DNA of 62,114 nt, the filler included, from Hausera hauseri (Eukaryota): NCBI GenBank assembly GCA_046269625.1. It is 10 parts of 10 records of this genome, joined end to end, with 100 filler letters (N's around TTAATTAATTAA, not from the genome) between each part and the next. Parts side by side here need not be neighbours in the genome. Positions count along the whole stretch, not along the records: positions 15,198 to 22,704 come from JBJURY010010345.1; positions 22,805 to 27,076 come from JBJURY010665107.1; positions 27,177 to 33,219 come from JBJURY010148978.1; positions 33,320 to 37,392 come from JBJURY010779871.1; 6 more parts are not named here. One strand, given 5' to 3'. Each line of letters begins with the position of its first letter. Positions within the stretch are counted from its first letter, which is position 1. Below are positions 22,467 through 34,839 of the stretch, piece by piece. Both the position numbers and the translations under genes were made by a program. Below the pieces are notes generated by a model that made no database searches, had not been told where the DNA came from, and was given only the letters and a program-made list of their open reading frames with translations.

Positions 22467-22704
22467 ATGAAACAGTGGTTGGAAAGACAGTTTAAATTGT
22501 CAGAGTTTCATTCAAATGTCAGGACAGAACTTCTGGCCGGCCTGACTACCTTTGTAACAATGGCCTACGTGCTGGCAACAGTACCGAATATGATGGAGTC
22601 CGCAGGATTAGACAAGCACGTCATGTTTACCGTGCTGATTCTGCTCGTAATCCTTACGACCTGCGCCATGGCATTCTATACGAACCGTCCATTTGCGCTG
22701 GCGC
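22467..22704 (+). CDS. NCS2/AzgA-family purine permease, N-terminal fragment (contig end)
   Basis: LERQFKL...VRTELLAGLTTFVTMAYVL..VP...NRPFALA. Confidence 0.9.
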
Positions 22705-22804
22705 NNNNNNNNNNNNNNNNNNNNNNNNNNNNNNNNNNNNNNNNNNNNTTAATTAATTAANNNNNNNNNNNNNNNNNNNNNNNNNNNNNNNNNNNNNNNN
22801 NNNN

Positions 22805-25060
22805 TAATTCCGTGATAGACTTAACTAAATCTCAGCCATATTGTTCTCTAATTGGGAATATAAAGAAAAACTTGAGGAAAATGAAGAATTTATTCCATTA
22901 CACGTCAGAAAGCCACTACGGACCGATGGAGCAGTGAAAAGCCTAAGACACGGCACAACACTTCACTTAACGTTCCAGCTAAAAGGAGGAAGCGAAATAA
23001 CAGCGAACGAATTCAAAGAACGTATTGTCGAGCGACGAAGACCCATAAATGAATTGGCTTTGATTCGAAGAAGATTGATGGATGTAAATTTGAACGAACA
23101 TGATTACAAGGTATTCCATCAAAGTTATTAGAAGGTTTTTTCGAGTGTTCAAGAAGAGCTATGCATATTGACAACCGTAGCCAGGAAATTAAAAAGGAAA
23201 GATAATGTAACATTACTAGAGAATAAAATGGAGAAACTAGACGTGCAGAACGAAAAGATCAACGCAATTATCTATGAGGAAAGCTTAAGGGAAAGCAAAT
23301 CGGCAATTAATACAAGAAGAGGTGCGGATAGTGGTATAAAGGAAAAGGTCATACTGCCGAAATTGCAGAAGTTAGAACTCCCAAAGTTTGGCGGCATAAT
23401 TACAGAATATGATAAATGGAAGTGAACGTTTGACACCTGCGTTCATAAGACGTCAATGTCTGACATCTACAAACAATTGAAATTAAATTAATGCCTGTAC
23501 GGAGAACCGAAGAGATAGTTGAGAACTTCGACTTTTTTGAACAAAGCTATAAGGCTGCAATGGGAAAACTTCACTCTTATTATGTGGGAGAACAACGGTA
23601 TTATGCTGCCTTTATGACCGAAGTGATGCGTTTTAAACCAATCAAGGAAGAAGACATCATAGGCCTAGATCGATTTGTTGCTTTGTTGGATGGCATAACA
23701 GTAAGATTGCAAAATTTGGGAATGAAAGAAGAAATAGGTCGAGAGTTCTTATACCAAAGTCTTGTAGAGAAACTCCCGGAATCCATAGTATTGTTATGGG
23801 AGAGATATGCCGCCGAAGAGAGGTTAAATCGGACGGTTGAAGAACTGAAAACTTGGGTGGAGTCGGAAGCGAGCATACGAAGGAGTACCATTGAAAGAAT
23901 TAGAGGTATCAACGTCTTCAATACATTCGATGCTAGATCACCGTCAAGATTTGGAAATGAACATAAATTTGATCAAACAACAACTAACGATCGTTCGAGA
24001 GTTGAAAATTATTTCCCCTCTATGGGTAAGAATAACACATCGTTCGGAACCAGGAGACACGATAAAGAAACACGAAAGAGTTTTTACATAGATAGAAAAT
24101 CTAATTAAAATGAGTCCCAAATTCATGACAAGACAAAGAAAGGTAACAATACTAAAGCCACGGATAAGACCGAGAAGATGCTTTGTTAAAAATTTGAGGA
24201 GGGGACTTGTAAATTCGGGAATAACTGTAAATTCTTACACAAGAAGAAAAGGAAAAATGAATCGCGAATATGTAAATACTATCTGAACGGCAAGTGTATG
24301 TACGGAGAAAAATGTCACTTTGTTCAGTGATCACCGCTGAAAAAGGGTAATTCTAAAAAACAAGAAAAAACATTCTATACACTCAATACGAAAGAAAGAA
24401 TAAACAAAGAGGAAGACGTGGAGGACGATATTGAGGCACGGGTTAACACGTACGTAATTCAACGGTCAGAAGGGAAAACAACAGGGAATAAAATAGCATT
24501 GCGTACTGTGGTTGTGTGGTTGGAAAATGGAGAGCGAAAAGTAAATGTCTGTATGTTGTTAGATGACGCGAGTACAGAATGCTTCGTAAAACGTTCTGTC
24601 TCAGAGCAATTAAAATTAGTTGGTAGTCTGGAAAACGTGTCTGTCATGGTGGTAGGTGGAGAAACAACAAAATCGAAAATGGAGAGGGTAAAAATGAAGT
24701 TACGAAGTAAGAACGGGAAGGTTAACACCCAATTTGAAGCGTTGGTCCTCCATGATCCAACTGGGAAAATGATGGTCGTGAATTGGGAGGTCGAGAAAAG
24801 CAAATGGCCACATTTGAGAGCAATAAAGTTCGCCGCTCAAAAATCGCCGAAATCGGTTGATGGGATAATTGGTTCGAACTATATGCATCTACATAGGTCT
24901 ATAAAGGAAATAGTAGGAAAAATAAACGTGCCTGTAGCCAGATTAACCCCACTTGGATGGACGTGCGTTGGGGTGATCGGAGATGAAAAGAAAAAGGTAA
25001 GGACTAACTTCGTTAGAACATTCTGGACTAGAACCGATGAAATACGAAAAGATTGGAACA
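22805..25060 (+). mobile_element. BEL/Pao LTR retrotransposon gag and aspartic protease remnant
   Basis: LPKLQKLELPKFGG...W (DUF1759-like gag); LVEKLP...W; MLLDDASTECFV; IIGSNY; PVARLTPLGWT. Confidence 0.85.
24178..24330 (+). pseudogene. Two tandem CCCH (C-x7-C-x5-C-x3-H) zinc fingers within BEL gag
   Basis: LC*KFEEGTCKFGNNCKFLH...ICKYYLNGKCMYGEKCHFVQ*. Confidence 0.7.
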
Positions 25061-27076
25061 TACCATGGGAAATATAGAAAAAGAGCGTGCTGAATCAATC
25101 GATGACGAGCTTAAGGATCGGGATGACAAATCAGAATTAATTACCAATGAAGTTTCAAAAAATGAAATCACCAATGTACCTTCCATTATTGTCAGTCTTG
25201 AATCCACACAACAGAACAAACACACGCTTAAGAGCTACAGCGATATGTTAGAAGACTGCACAGATAAATTAGGAAATAATTTGAAACCGGTGGCAAAGGA
25301 AAGTATAAAAATTGGTGGGCAGTCTTGTGCTTCTAAAGTTAATGATTTTCTGGATTCAGTTTGGGAAGAAGTCGATACTACAGAAGATGTCATTCAAGAA
25401 AAAGATATTTAAAATGAACAAGCCATATTAATTTCTGCATCATTGATCGATGATATCAATACTATATCCGACTGGTTTCGACTAATGGAAAATACACCGT
25501 TCTTAATTGATACTGCTAGTCCGGATCAGAAAATGATTGAATTAAAATTAATGGAATTGAAAACTTTAAATGCTGAATTATTTTCACAGTCTCAGAAATT
25601 AGATAAAATCAAGACGTTGATTTCGGATGTTATCATATTTTCTGTTTCGTCACAAAAGCAAAATCTTCTTGACCTGAAAAAGGATCTTGTTGAAAAGTAC
25701 AATGCGTTAGTCAAAGCAGTTATGGATATTCATAATAACCTTCAAAAGAGTTACACGGAAATTGAAGATATTGATTTAGGTTTCGATGATAACGTTGGAA
25801 TCCTTCAAGAATTAGGAAACCAACTCAACAATATTTCTGTTGAATCTTGTTGTAGAGATCCCGAATATACATATGCTCGGTTGAGAAATTTACAGTTGTT
25901 ATCTGCCGTTTTCGACAATTTACAAATAAAAATCCAGGAACTTAAGGGAAAAGTTGAAACTTTCAATCATTCGGAAAAATCAGGATTCCTGCAAAGAAGT
26001 GGAAATTGATTGTCTAAATGAATTCATTAAAAATCTAATTCCAGATAAGGAGAAATTGCTAAAAGCTATTCAAAACAAAGAGAAGAAAATGTCAAAAAAC
26101 GTACAAGGACAAATATCTCAAATTAATGAAATTAAACAGTTTTTAACACAACGCTCAGTAATTGGTTTCAATCGTGATTCCATTGAACGGAATATAAAAA
26201 AATACATGGAATGTTTTAGTCAGTTGATTGAAAAAAAAGAACGAATTAGAGACGTTGACAGCTGATGTTTTGGGATTTAGTGAAAACGGTCCCGAAGAGA
26301 AATGTGTATATTTTGGAACGTTGTTTAAATCTATGAATCATGTACTCAGACGTTGTTTGTATGTAACAAATAAACGGAAATCGGAATTAGATACAGCTGT
26401 TTAACGTAATTTACTGTTAGACTTGGAGAAACAACAGTTAATGACGGAAATCCTCGAATTCGAAAATTTTCCTTTACTAAAATTAGCTCCGAGTAAAATC
26501 ACCACTAAATACACAGAACAAATTAATATAATAAGGGCAGATATTGCTAAAGCGCAACGCCACTTTGAGGACATACAAGATTTTGAGTTGAGGCCTTTCA
26601 CATTCGTGAACTTGGCAGTCGAGTAGAAAATGCCCAAAGGAGCATTGAATTTAAAGAATATAACTTAAAAGTAGGCAAAATTCAAAAATGTCTTCGGAGC
26701 AGATTGCGAATTTTTAATTAGGCATATCGTGAAAGTAAACTTTTTTCGGATTAGTACGATAATCTTAACAATTGGTTGGATGAAAGTTATAATTTGCTGG
26801 AGATTTAAACAAGAACAGTCAAAGGTTCTTGATCATTTGGAAATGTTAAAGCTGAGTTCTCATTATGCTAAATCCCACTGCAAATTCCTTATGGCATCCA
26901 TTTCGATGAAACAATGAAAACTCATGGTGATTTGATTACAGTTGAAAGTATCATTAGTGATTGCCAAGTTGCTAAGCAAGAAGCTAATAGTCATATAAAA
27001 GTTTTCGAAAAACTTAAACTGCTAATGTCTAAAGAAATAAAAGATTATCAAGGGAGCGAAATTTACAATACTATGA
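25060..27076 (+). pseudogene. Decayed fragment of a large coiled-coil/spectrin-repeat-like host protein
   Basis: Successive same-strand helical ORFs with spaced Trp (ISDWFRLME, IGWMK), broken by stops and frameshifts. Confidence 0.4.
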
Positions 27077-27176
27077 NNNNNNNNNNNNNNNNNNNNNNNN
27101 NNNNNNNNNNNNNNNNNNNNTTAATTAATTAANNNNNNNNNNNNNNNNNNNNNNNNNNNNNNNNNNNNNNNNNNNN

Positions 27177-27456
27177 ACTCTATTGTTTTCGCACGAGAAA
27201 AGTATTTTAACTTGGATATTTCTGCTCGGCATACTGGGCATGTCGTTTTTCCATTAATCAGGGTCCACCGCTCTAAGCAATCGCGGCAGTGTCGATGTCG
27301 ACAATTTCTATTAGCAAGAATCACGTATCCTTGCCATAAATTAGCCTCACATACTGGACAAAAACCTTCAGTGTTATTGTCTAACTCACAATCCGTGACC
27401 CATGTTATTTCTTGGGAAAAGAGTCCTTTGGTATTTTTATACAGATATCCGTGCAA
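27177..27456 (-). CDS. RING finger domain, copy B (runs into contig end)
   Basis: CPVCEANLWQGYVILANRNCRHRHCRDCLERW...TTCPVCR. Confidence 0.8.
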
Positions 27457-27531
27457 TTGTTTCTAGTCGGGATCAATTAACCTTTTCCGTGGATCTCCAT
27501 TAACGGCTATTAGGGTCCACTCAATTACGGG

Positions 27532-28199
27532 TTAGGCGTCTAGGTCTAGGATCCCCATTTTCTTGTACTGTTTCTTTATTTTTATTCTTGTCTGGTTGTC
27601 GACTGGTACGGTTATTCTCTTAGTTCCTATTTTCGATTTAAACAGTGGAGTTAGATATCTGCCTAACTTGGGGTCAATTCGTGCATAAGCATTTTCATGT
27701 AGCTCCAGTACTGGTACTGTCCGAATGTAAAATACCGCCTCTTTGATCTTCCAACGACTTACATATTCTTCCATTTTCAGGATGCTAGATTGTTCTTCCG
27801 TGTCTTGTGGTCTTCTGTGGTTATTATTTCCTTGTCTTGTCTTCTTTTTAGAACATTCACTTTCGTAAGGATTTGTTCAGTTTGGGTTGATTCTTTTTAT
27901 TTCTTCTTTAGAAATCCGAATATTGATTTCTTTTTCTTTTCTGGAGATGGGTCTCTCAATTTGGGCCTTTTGGTTAATGTTCCTTGATGGCTCTCTATTT
28001 TCTTTGTTTTTATGGGTACCTGGAATCCATATGTAAGGTTACTGGGTTTATGTTGGGAAATATCTTCCTGCTTTGAGACTGTAAATTGGATATTACTATC
28101 TTTGTTTGATATCGTAATTTTCATGTTATTATCCCTTTTGGGTTCGACAATCCGTATTGGCGAATATGGATGAAATTGCTTTCTGTGGCCAGGATTCAA
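27532..28199 (-). pseudogene. Linker plus conserved unknown domain, copy B
   Basis: KKSIFGFLKKK and WKIKEAVFYIRTVP match SKTSFFNYLFKK and QKIKEAMFFVKSMP of copy A. Confidence 0.6.
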
Positions 28200-29332
28200 T
28201 TCCTATAGGTTTGTATTGCTCTGCAAGTTATTTTTGGGATTCAATGGTAATCATCCATGATCCCATGTGATCATGGCGTAAATATCACGCAGGTATTGTG
28301 TCCTTTTGGTAGCGGACAATTGTCGGTTGATTTTATAGTAGGTTCCGGTCATGATTTCTATCATCGCCTTGAAATGCGTTTCCATGGTCATAGGAGCGGG
28401 TCAACTTACATTATCCATCCTTTTTTTAATCTTGGGGTAAGCCCAAAATTCTCGCATCCCTGCTATATTTTTGGGCCTTATTTCTAATTTGTCTACTTGT
28501 TCTTGTGTTTGGAATCCTGCGATCATACACCCGTACAAGCAGTGGTTTAGTTCTATCTCTACGGCTTTTGTGTCTTTCCCATTTATCAAGTCTTCTTTTC
28601 TTATGCCCGTTATTTCCGCATAAGTTTCTTTTACTCTTTTTCGAGGAGCAATTAGCCTGTAGTAGACTTCTATCCCGTTCATATCTTTAATCAAGACTTC
28701 AATGGGAATGGAGTTTCCGTCGTCTCCTTCTTCGTAATTTGTTGCAATGATACGGACATTCCGTCCATTCTGTACCAGTTTATATGACCATAAATGTTGG
28801 CCTATTTGGTCTTCCGTTGGATACTGATGGTATATCAGGGGAGGCAAGGGTATAATCGGAATTTCCTCGCAGGTGATTTCTATCATAAGTTTTACTGGTA
28901 GGGCTGTGATCCTTATTTCTATTTCTTTTTCAATTAAGCTTCCTCCGCGCAGCTTAAAAGTACTAAATTTATACTGCCGCTCTTTGTTCGAATCCCAGTT
29001 TTGTTCAGTCAATCTATAGTAAACTTTCCCTTTTGCTAGATGTATATATACGTCACTGTGCGTTTTAACTCACATTTTAGTAGGTTCCGTAGTTTGTAAG
29101 ATCGAGCATCTTCGTTGCTCCGCATAGCATATAATCGTATTATTCGGTTTTCTTCTATGATTCCTTTTAAAATGTTGGGTATTTCATTTACTTTATGGTA
29201 CTCCGTTAATGGTTTGTTCTGTAATTCCAAGTGTATCTGCCTGTAGAGGGCTTTAGAGTTTGGAGTTATTATTGTCGCATTCTCTTGCAAAATTCCATCG
29301 ATGTCTGAGTAAGCGTTGTTACTGGCTACCAT
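28200..29332 (-). pseudogene. Exonuclease-fold accessory ORF, copy B
   Basis: PNSKALYRQIHLELQ; ALPVKLMIEIT; IIATNY...IPIEVLI...YAEITGI...CLYGCMIAGF, clearly homologous to 11663-12592. Confidence 0.65.
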
Positions 29333-29335
29333 AAT

Positions 29336-29372
29336 ACTCACCAGTCTGAAATAAAACAAAATAAGATTAATC
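29336..29372 (-). promoter_or_regulatory. Splice acceptor, ACTG micro-exon and donor, copy B
   Basis: gattaat-cttattttgttttatttCAG|ACTG|GTGAGT. Confidence 0.65.
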
Positions 29373-29443
29373 CTAAGACAGATCTTTGTTTCATTACAAA
29401 ACATTGTCACTGTCTGATGACAGAATAACCTGATCTGTAGTTC

Positions 29444-30670
29444 TCAGATTATTTTATCATACAAATCACTTTGGTAAACCACCATTATCCCTCTATCCTT
29501 ATTTTTGGGCTGGTTTTTACAATTTTTGGCAATTACATAAATTGACGCAGTGGAGATTAATAAGACGAACGCTGATACTCCGATAATTGATACAATAGGT
29601 AAGGTTACTAATGGTGTCTGTGTTGTCATATATGTAGTAATTGTGTTTTTGTGTAACTTGACCTTTTTGTAATCATGGGTAACTATCTTCTGCTAAAGTT
29701 TGTAAGGTGATTGTCTGATCCTGCTTTCCGGGTGCGTTAATTTGTATTATGTATTCTGTCTGAGATTTTAAAGATTTACATTCAATTTGTGGTGTATTTC
29801 TTATGAGTACTATTCGGGCGGTAGACTTTTTAGTCGAGATTTCCATTGAAATTTTCCTAATTCTATTTTCTAAATACTAGATTCGTAATTGTACACTTGG
29901 TTGATTTGGTCGTATCTCATATAGGTCAAATCGTATTTTGAAATCTTGGTTCACAGGTATTTTACAGCACGGTTTTTGCACACCATCACGAATGGAGCAA
30001 TATCTTATGTTCGGAGTTGGTCCTATTAGTGCCTGAAACACGATACTGATTTTCCGATTGCCGGTTAGTTCCGTCCGAGTATTTACTTGAATACATTGTC
30101 TTTTCTTATTCACAGAGATTTTCTGGATATTTTCATTTAGCAGTCTTATGTCTGGGTCAGTGGATCTCAACATTTCGTTCAGTTTTACTCCATGATGCCT
30201 GTTCCAAACAGGAATAACTAGTTAGAATTGTGGTTTTATTTCGAAAATTTTAGATTATTTTGGTAGGTACATTCGATAGGTCAGATTATAAGTATATCCG
30301 AAATCTGTGTCGCAACATTGCGTACGTTCTCCGGATTCAAAGTCACAATTCTTCGTTTCTTTTGTTGTTACATCATCTAAGACAATTTGGATCCTTCCAG
30401 AATTTTGATGTGGTTCCCATGTTTTAAATCCAACGCATGTGGAGTTAGGCGAGTAGTAGTAGATCGTTACTGCTTGTAATAATCTTATATCTTCTTGTCT
30501 TTGATTTCATTCGTCTGTTGATTTCTTTTCCGTTTTAATGCTCTCTGATCTTGCTCCACTTTTCCGAACTCCATGAATTTCGTACCACCAGTTAGCTTGT
30601 GTTTTCGGGATATAGAAGGAAATTAACGAAAATGCTAAAATTATTTGAAAGTACGATATTGGTCTATTGA
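29444..30670 (-). pseudogene. Env-position FN3-like type I membrane protein, copy B
   Basis: Signal RPISYFQIILAFSLISFYIP; STDPDIRLLNENIQKISVN; LKSQTEYIIQINA; TM IVSIIGVSAFVLLISTASIYVIA; YDKI. Confidence 0.65.
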
Positions 30671-30699
30671 TTATGGAGGATGTTTTTGTTTTCTTTCTG

Positions 30700-32960
30700 T
30701 GTTGTTGCGAGCTAGATCGCAAATTGTAACGTCTTTCTGGCCTTATTTCTGTTTTAACAACTCTCTGAATAGATACTACCTTTTCTTTGCCATTTTTATT
30801 AATGTACACCGTAGTTGGTGTGGTTCAAATAACTTCGTAAGGTCCTCGTTAAGTGCGACTAAGTTTTAATGATGTACTTTTCTTTGCAACTGAATAGTGT
30901 ACGTAAACCAAGTTTCCTTTCTCTAATTCATGAGGTTTGGCCTTCTTATCATATTGTTTCTTAAATTGTTCTTGATACTCGAGAGTAAGCGTCTTATCTA
31001 TATCCCAGCATTTTTGCAGTCTCATTTGTAGGACTTCTGTAAAGTTTAGCTCTAAATCTTTTGGATTTGCATGATACGGAGTCATCCCTAAGTCCGTAGG
31101 TAAAATCGCTTCGTTTCCATACATCATAAAAAATGATGTAAATCATGTGGCGGGGTGTGGGGTAGTATTAATAGCGAATTGTGTTTTTTCTAAAAATTCA
31201 TCCCAGTCTTTTTGATCCTTTGCTACTACGGTTGATAAGACACGTATAACTGTGGAATTCATACGTTCGACCATCCCATTACACTGAGGGTGATACGCGG
31301 TAGTAGTTAATTGTTCGATTTCGAAGATTTTAGAAATTTTGTCAAATAGTTCGCTTGTAAAGTTTCTTCATTTATAGATCATATTTGATTTGGCGGTCCG
31401 TATCTGCAGATAATTTTCCTTACTACTGCGTCTACTAATGTTTCCGCTTTCTGATCGATTAGTGCGATTAATTCCACAAAGTGTGTTAAACAATTTACGC
31501 ATGTCAAAATATATTTGTTACTTTTATAAGTTGTAGGTAAAGGTCCTACTATACCCATAGACATAGGTTGTATAGGTCTATCTGGTACGTCGATAGGTTT
31601 TAATTCTGCTATATAGTTTTTTACTTTTTTGTTTTGTTGCGCAGACTTCATAAGCGTCCACCAAATGTTTCACGACAATATAAACACTTGGCCAGTAATA
31701 CTTATTCAATATTCTTTCTAATGTTTTCTTTCATGACATATGTTTAGCTAAATGTGAATCATGTTCAGCCATTAACACTTCTGTCCGTAATTCTTTTGGA
31801 ATAACTATCAATTTTCGTCCCTTTTGTTCGTAATATAGGATATTATCCGGATTTGATGCATAATATTTGTGTCCGTGTCTTTGTAAGTGTTTCTTTAGTT
31901 GAAGTCCTTTTGGTACTCGTCTTGTTCGGCAAATTTAACTATTTGTTGGATAACTTTATCTTTAGCTCATTCGGAAGCAATTCTGATTGTCTTATTTAGT
32001 GTTAAGATATGTTGTCGCTCGACTAATTCATTGAGCTGAGCCTTTTCTATGGTCGTAATCGTATTTGTTTTTGTTTTAAGTCTTGATAAAGCGTCTGTGT
32101 CAATATGTTTACTTCCGTGTTTATATTGAAATTCGATATTGTACCGCGAAATTTCCTCAATCCATCGATTTAGTTTATACGTCGGGTTATTAGTCCGTCC
32201 CTTTATAGTGATAACAGCTTTATGATCGGTATCTATAATAATTTTCTGTCCGTAAACACAGACATTGAAATGTCTCAAGACTTCTTTTACGGCTAGTATC
32301 TCTAATTCAGTGACTGAATAGTTTTTCTCAGCTTTTTTAAGCGTTCGTCCTCCGTATGCAGTTGAATGTTCCAATTCTTCGTTTTCTCATTTCTTAGCCA
32401 ATTTATAACCAATTCCTTTTTTACTTGTGTCCGTCTTTATTATGAATGGTAAGTTGAAATCGGGGTATCTCAACACTGGTTTACTTGTTAAAATTTACTT
32501 CATTTCGTCGAACGCCTTCTGTTCAACATCGGTTTATTTCCATTTGATGCCTTTTTTCAATAGCCGATATAACGGCGCATTTATTTTCGAGTTATCCGAT
32601 ACGTAGGTGGCATAATATCCGCATAAACCTAACCAATGTCTTAATTCTTTCTGATTTTGTGGTTTCATACAATCGGATATTTTGTTCAATAAAGGTTTGT
32701 CTGGCTTTGATCCTCCTTCTCCAGCTATATGTCCAAGATAAGATACAGCATTTTTTGCCAATTTACATTTCTTTTGTTTCAGTTTTAATCCTGCCTGTTC
32801 CAAACGCATAAGAGTATCTTTAATGTCCTTTAAATGTTCTTCTTCTGTTCTTGACGCTATCATTACATTGTCTAGATATGCAAACGCATAATCTAGACCC
32901 ATTAGCATCTTGTTCATCATTCTAGTAAAAATAGCTGGGCCGGTTTGTGGTGCCGCGGAT
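30700..32960 (-). pseudogene. Gypsy pol (RT, RNase H, integrase), degenerate
   Basis: FAYLDNVMI (YLDD decayed); VSYLGH; WLGLCGYY; AEKNYSVTELEILAV; TDHKA; DALSRL; IVGPLP. Confidence 0.92.
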
Positions 32961-33319
32961 TCAGGTAGAAGAGCCAACTTTTCAAGAAAAACAATAGTGA
33001 CCGTGAAACGATCTATGAAGAAATGCAAGTTTATTAAACGAGTACTTAAACGACGTGCCATTTGTCTTTGTTCTCGAAGCAAAGTCTTCATGATGTGCAA
33101 ATCGAATAAGTTCTTAATGAAAGTCAGATTATATCAAAGTCTTCGAAAACATAAATGTATCGAAAATTCCCATAGTTTGCCCGAAACCGAAAATCGAACG
33201 AACCAAGTGCAATAAAATANNNNNNNNNNNNNNNNNNNNNNNNNNNNNNNNNNNNNNNNNNNNTTAATTAATTAANNNNNNNNNNNNNNNNNNNNNNNNN
33301 NNNNNNNNNNNNNNNNNNN

Positions 33320-34836
33320 TGTACGTGTGTGAAACATACAGCAAAAGAGGCGTGTCGGTATTCAGAAAGTGAAGTATTACCTTTGCCAGTCGTCTGGTGG
33401 CAAATTTAGTTTTTTGGAAAAGATCAACTATGACAACTATTAGAAGAAAAGGTAGTTCGTCCGTCGTTCGTATCTGGTTTGAAAGTGTAGCCTGAAATGC
33501 ATTTACGGCTTGATTTTTAAACTTTGCGTGGTAAATGCAAACAACGGTGTTTGAAGAGAAATTTTTATTTTAAAATTTGCACCCTAGTCAGCATTTCTTG
33601 GCATTCTTATTGAATCTGCTGTGATAATAGCAGATTGATAACGGCGCATGCGATGGTGACCGGTTTTTAGATGCAGAATGGGCGAGGTCAGCAACAAAAT
33701 CCCTTCGCCAGGATAGGGAAAGCTTGTTTAATTTGTTGTTTATATTGTTAGTTGTTGCGTGTTGTGCAATATTTTCAGCACGTAGCTGATTGAGTTGTTG
33801 CTCTATTGATATGTTATTGCATTGAATATCGTTAGAGACAACTGCCGGCGAAACGACTGGTGGGGAATTTAGATTTAGAATCTCGCGTGACTTGCCGGCT
33901 AATTCGGCCAATTTGTCAAGAGCCGTGGAGTCCTACACCACGGTAAGTAGGGCTCGAATTTGGATGGGTAACGCGTTAAGAAAGTAATGACGCAGTAGTT
34001 CGGGGTTGTGTTCCTTAGTGACGCCGAGCGTGTGCAAATGTGTCAGAGACGTGCGTAAGAATTCTGATTGTCGTTGTGTGCCTATAGCATTGTCATGGAA
34101 GAAGCGTTGTATGATGGTGTCCATTGAGGGTTTTGTGATTTTAAGAACAGCGTTGGAGAGCTGCGAGTGTGGGTCAGGAAGTTCAAATATTCCAAGGATG
34201 TTATGAATTCGTGTTTTAATGTTGTTAGGGAGTAAGAAAAGGAGATTGTGTGCCTTGGTTAAAGGATCGGTGATATTGTTTGCCTGTAGACAGAGTTGAC
34301 GGAATTGCAACCAAGTTTTGCTGGAGCCTTGGTTGTCAATGAAGAATTCGATGCAATTATGGAAAGGAGCGGAAGAGGAAGTAGGTGAAGTATTATTGGT
34401 GGAAGCAGGAGTGGGTTTTTGAAGTAGTATGACAGATTTTGGTTTCGTGGTGGTTTTATCCGTGGTGTCTATGGTGGGCCATGAAATCATGCCACTACGG
34501 ATAAGGAAGTGTATGTGGAGGTGGATATAAGTTGAACAAGGTTGCAGAAACCCAACGAGAGTTACTGTGGAGCCATGGTGTGTGAGGTAAAGGTCAGGTG
34601 AGCGAAGAAAAGTGGCGATGATGTTGTAGATAGTCGCAGTGTTTAGGTGTGTTAATGCATTTGTGCATATGTGTTTATTTAATAAAAGAAGAGGAAATAC
34701 AGAGGTCGTGTAGCCGGGGGCGTGTCGTGGGGCGTCAGAGAACGGTGCCGCGTGATCCAATGGTATAGGGTGGTGATCGGGACTTCGATCTCGCCGTGGC
34801 GGACCGCAAACTTCGGGGTAGCCGAGGTTCCCGCAT
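33320..34836 (-). mobile_element. Second Gypsy family: probable LTR plus degenerate gag with CxYH knuckles
   Basis: IGTQRQSEFLR...LRHYFLNALPIQIRALL...LAG and CYYHSRFNKNAKKC, with a second CIYHAKF copy; typical metazoan Gypsy gag. Confidence 0.7.
33382..33415 (-). promoter_or_regulatory. Candidate -1 ribosomal frameshift signal at the gag end
   Basis: A AAA AAC followed by TAA, then a TTTGCCA-N9-TGGCAAA stem-loop. Confidence 0.5.
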
Positions 34837-34839
34837 GTA

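Larger units (their letters stand above)
27177..32960 (-). mobile_element. Ty3/Gypsy LTR retroelement with accessory cassette (copy B)
   Basis: RT-RNaseH-IN, then membrane protein, exonuclease-like ORF, unknown domain and RING, in the same order as copy A. Confidence 0.88.

Noticed and set aside
32960-33100. N-terminal extension of the RT ORF 32534-33100
   Set aside because: RT similarity begins near 32950; the upstream part is unrelated flank that is in frame by chance.
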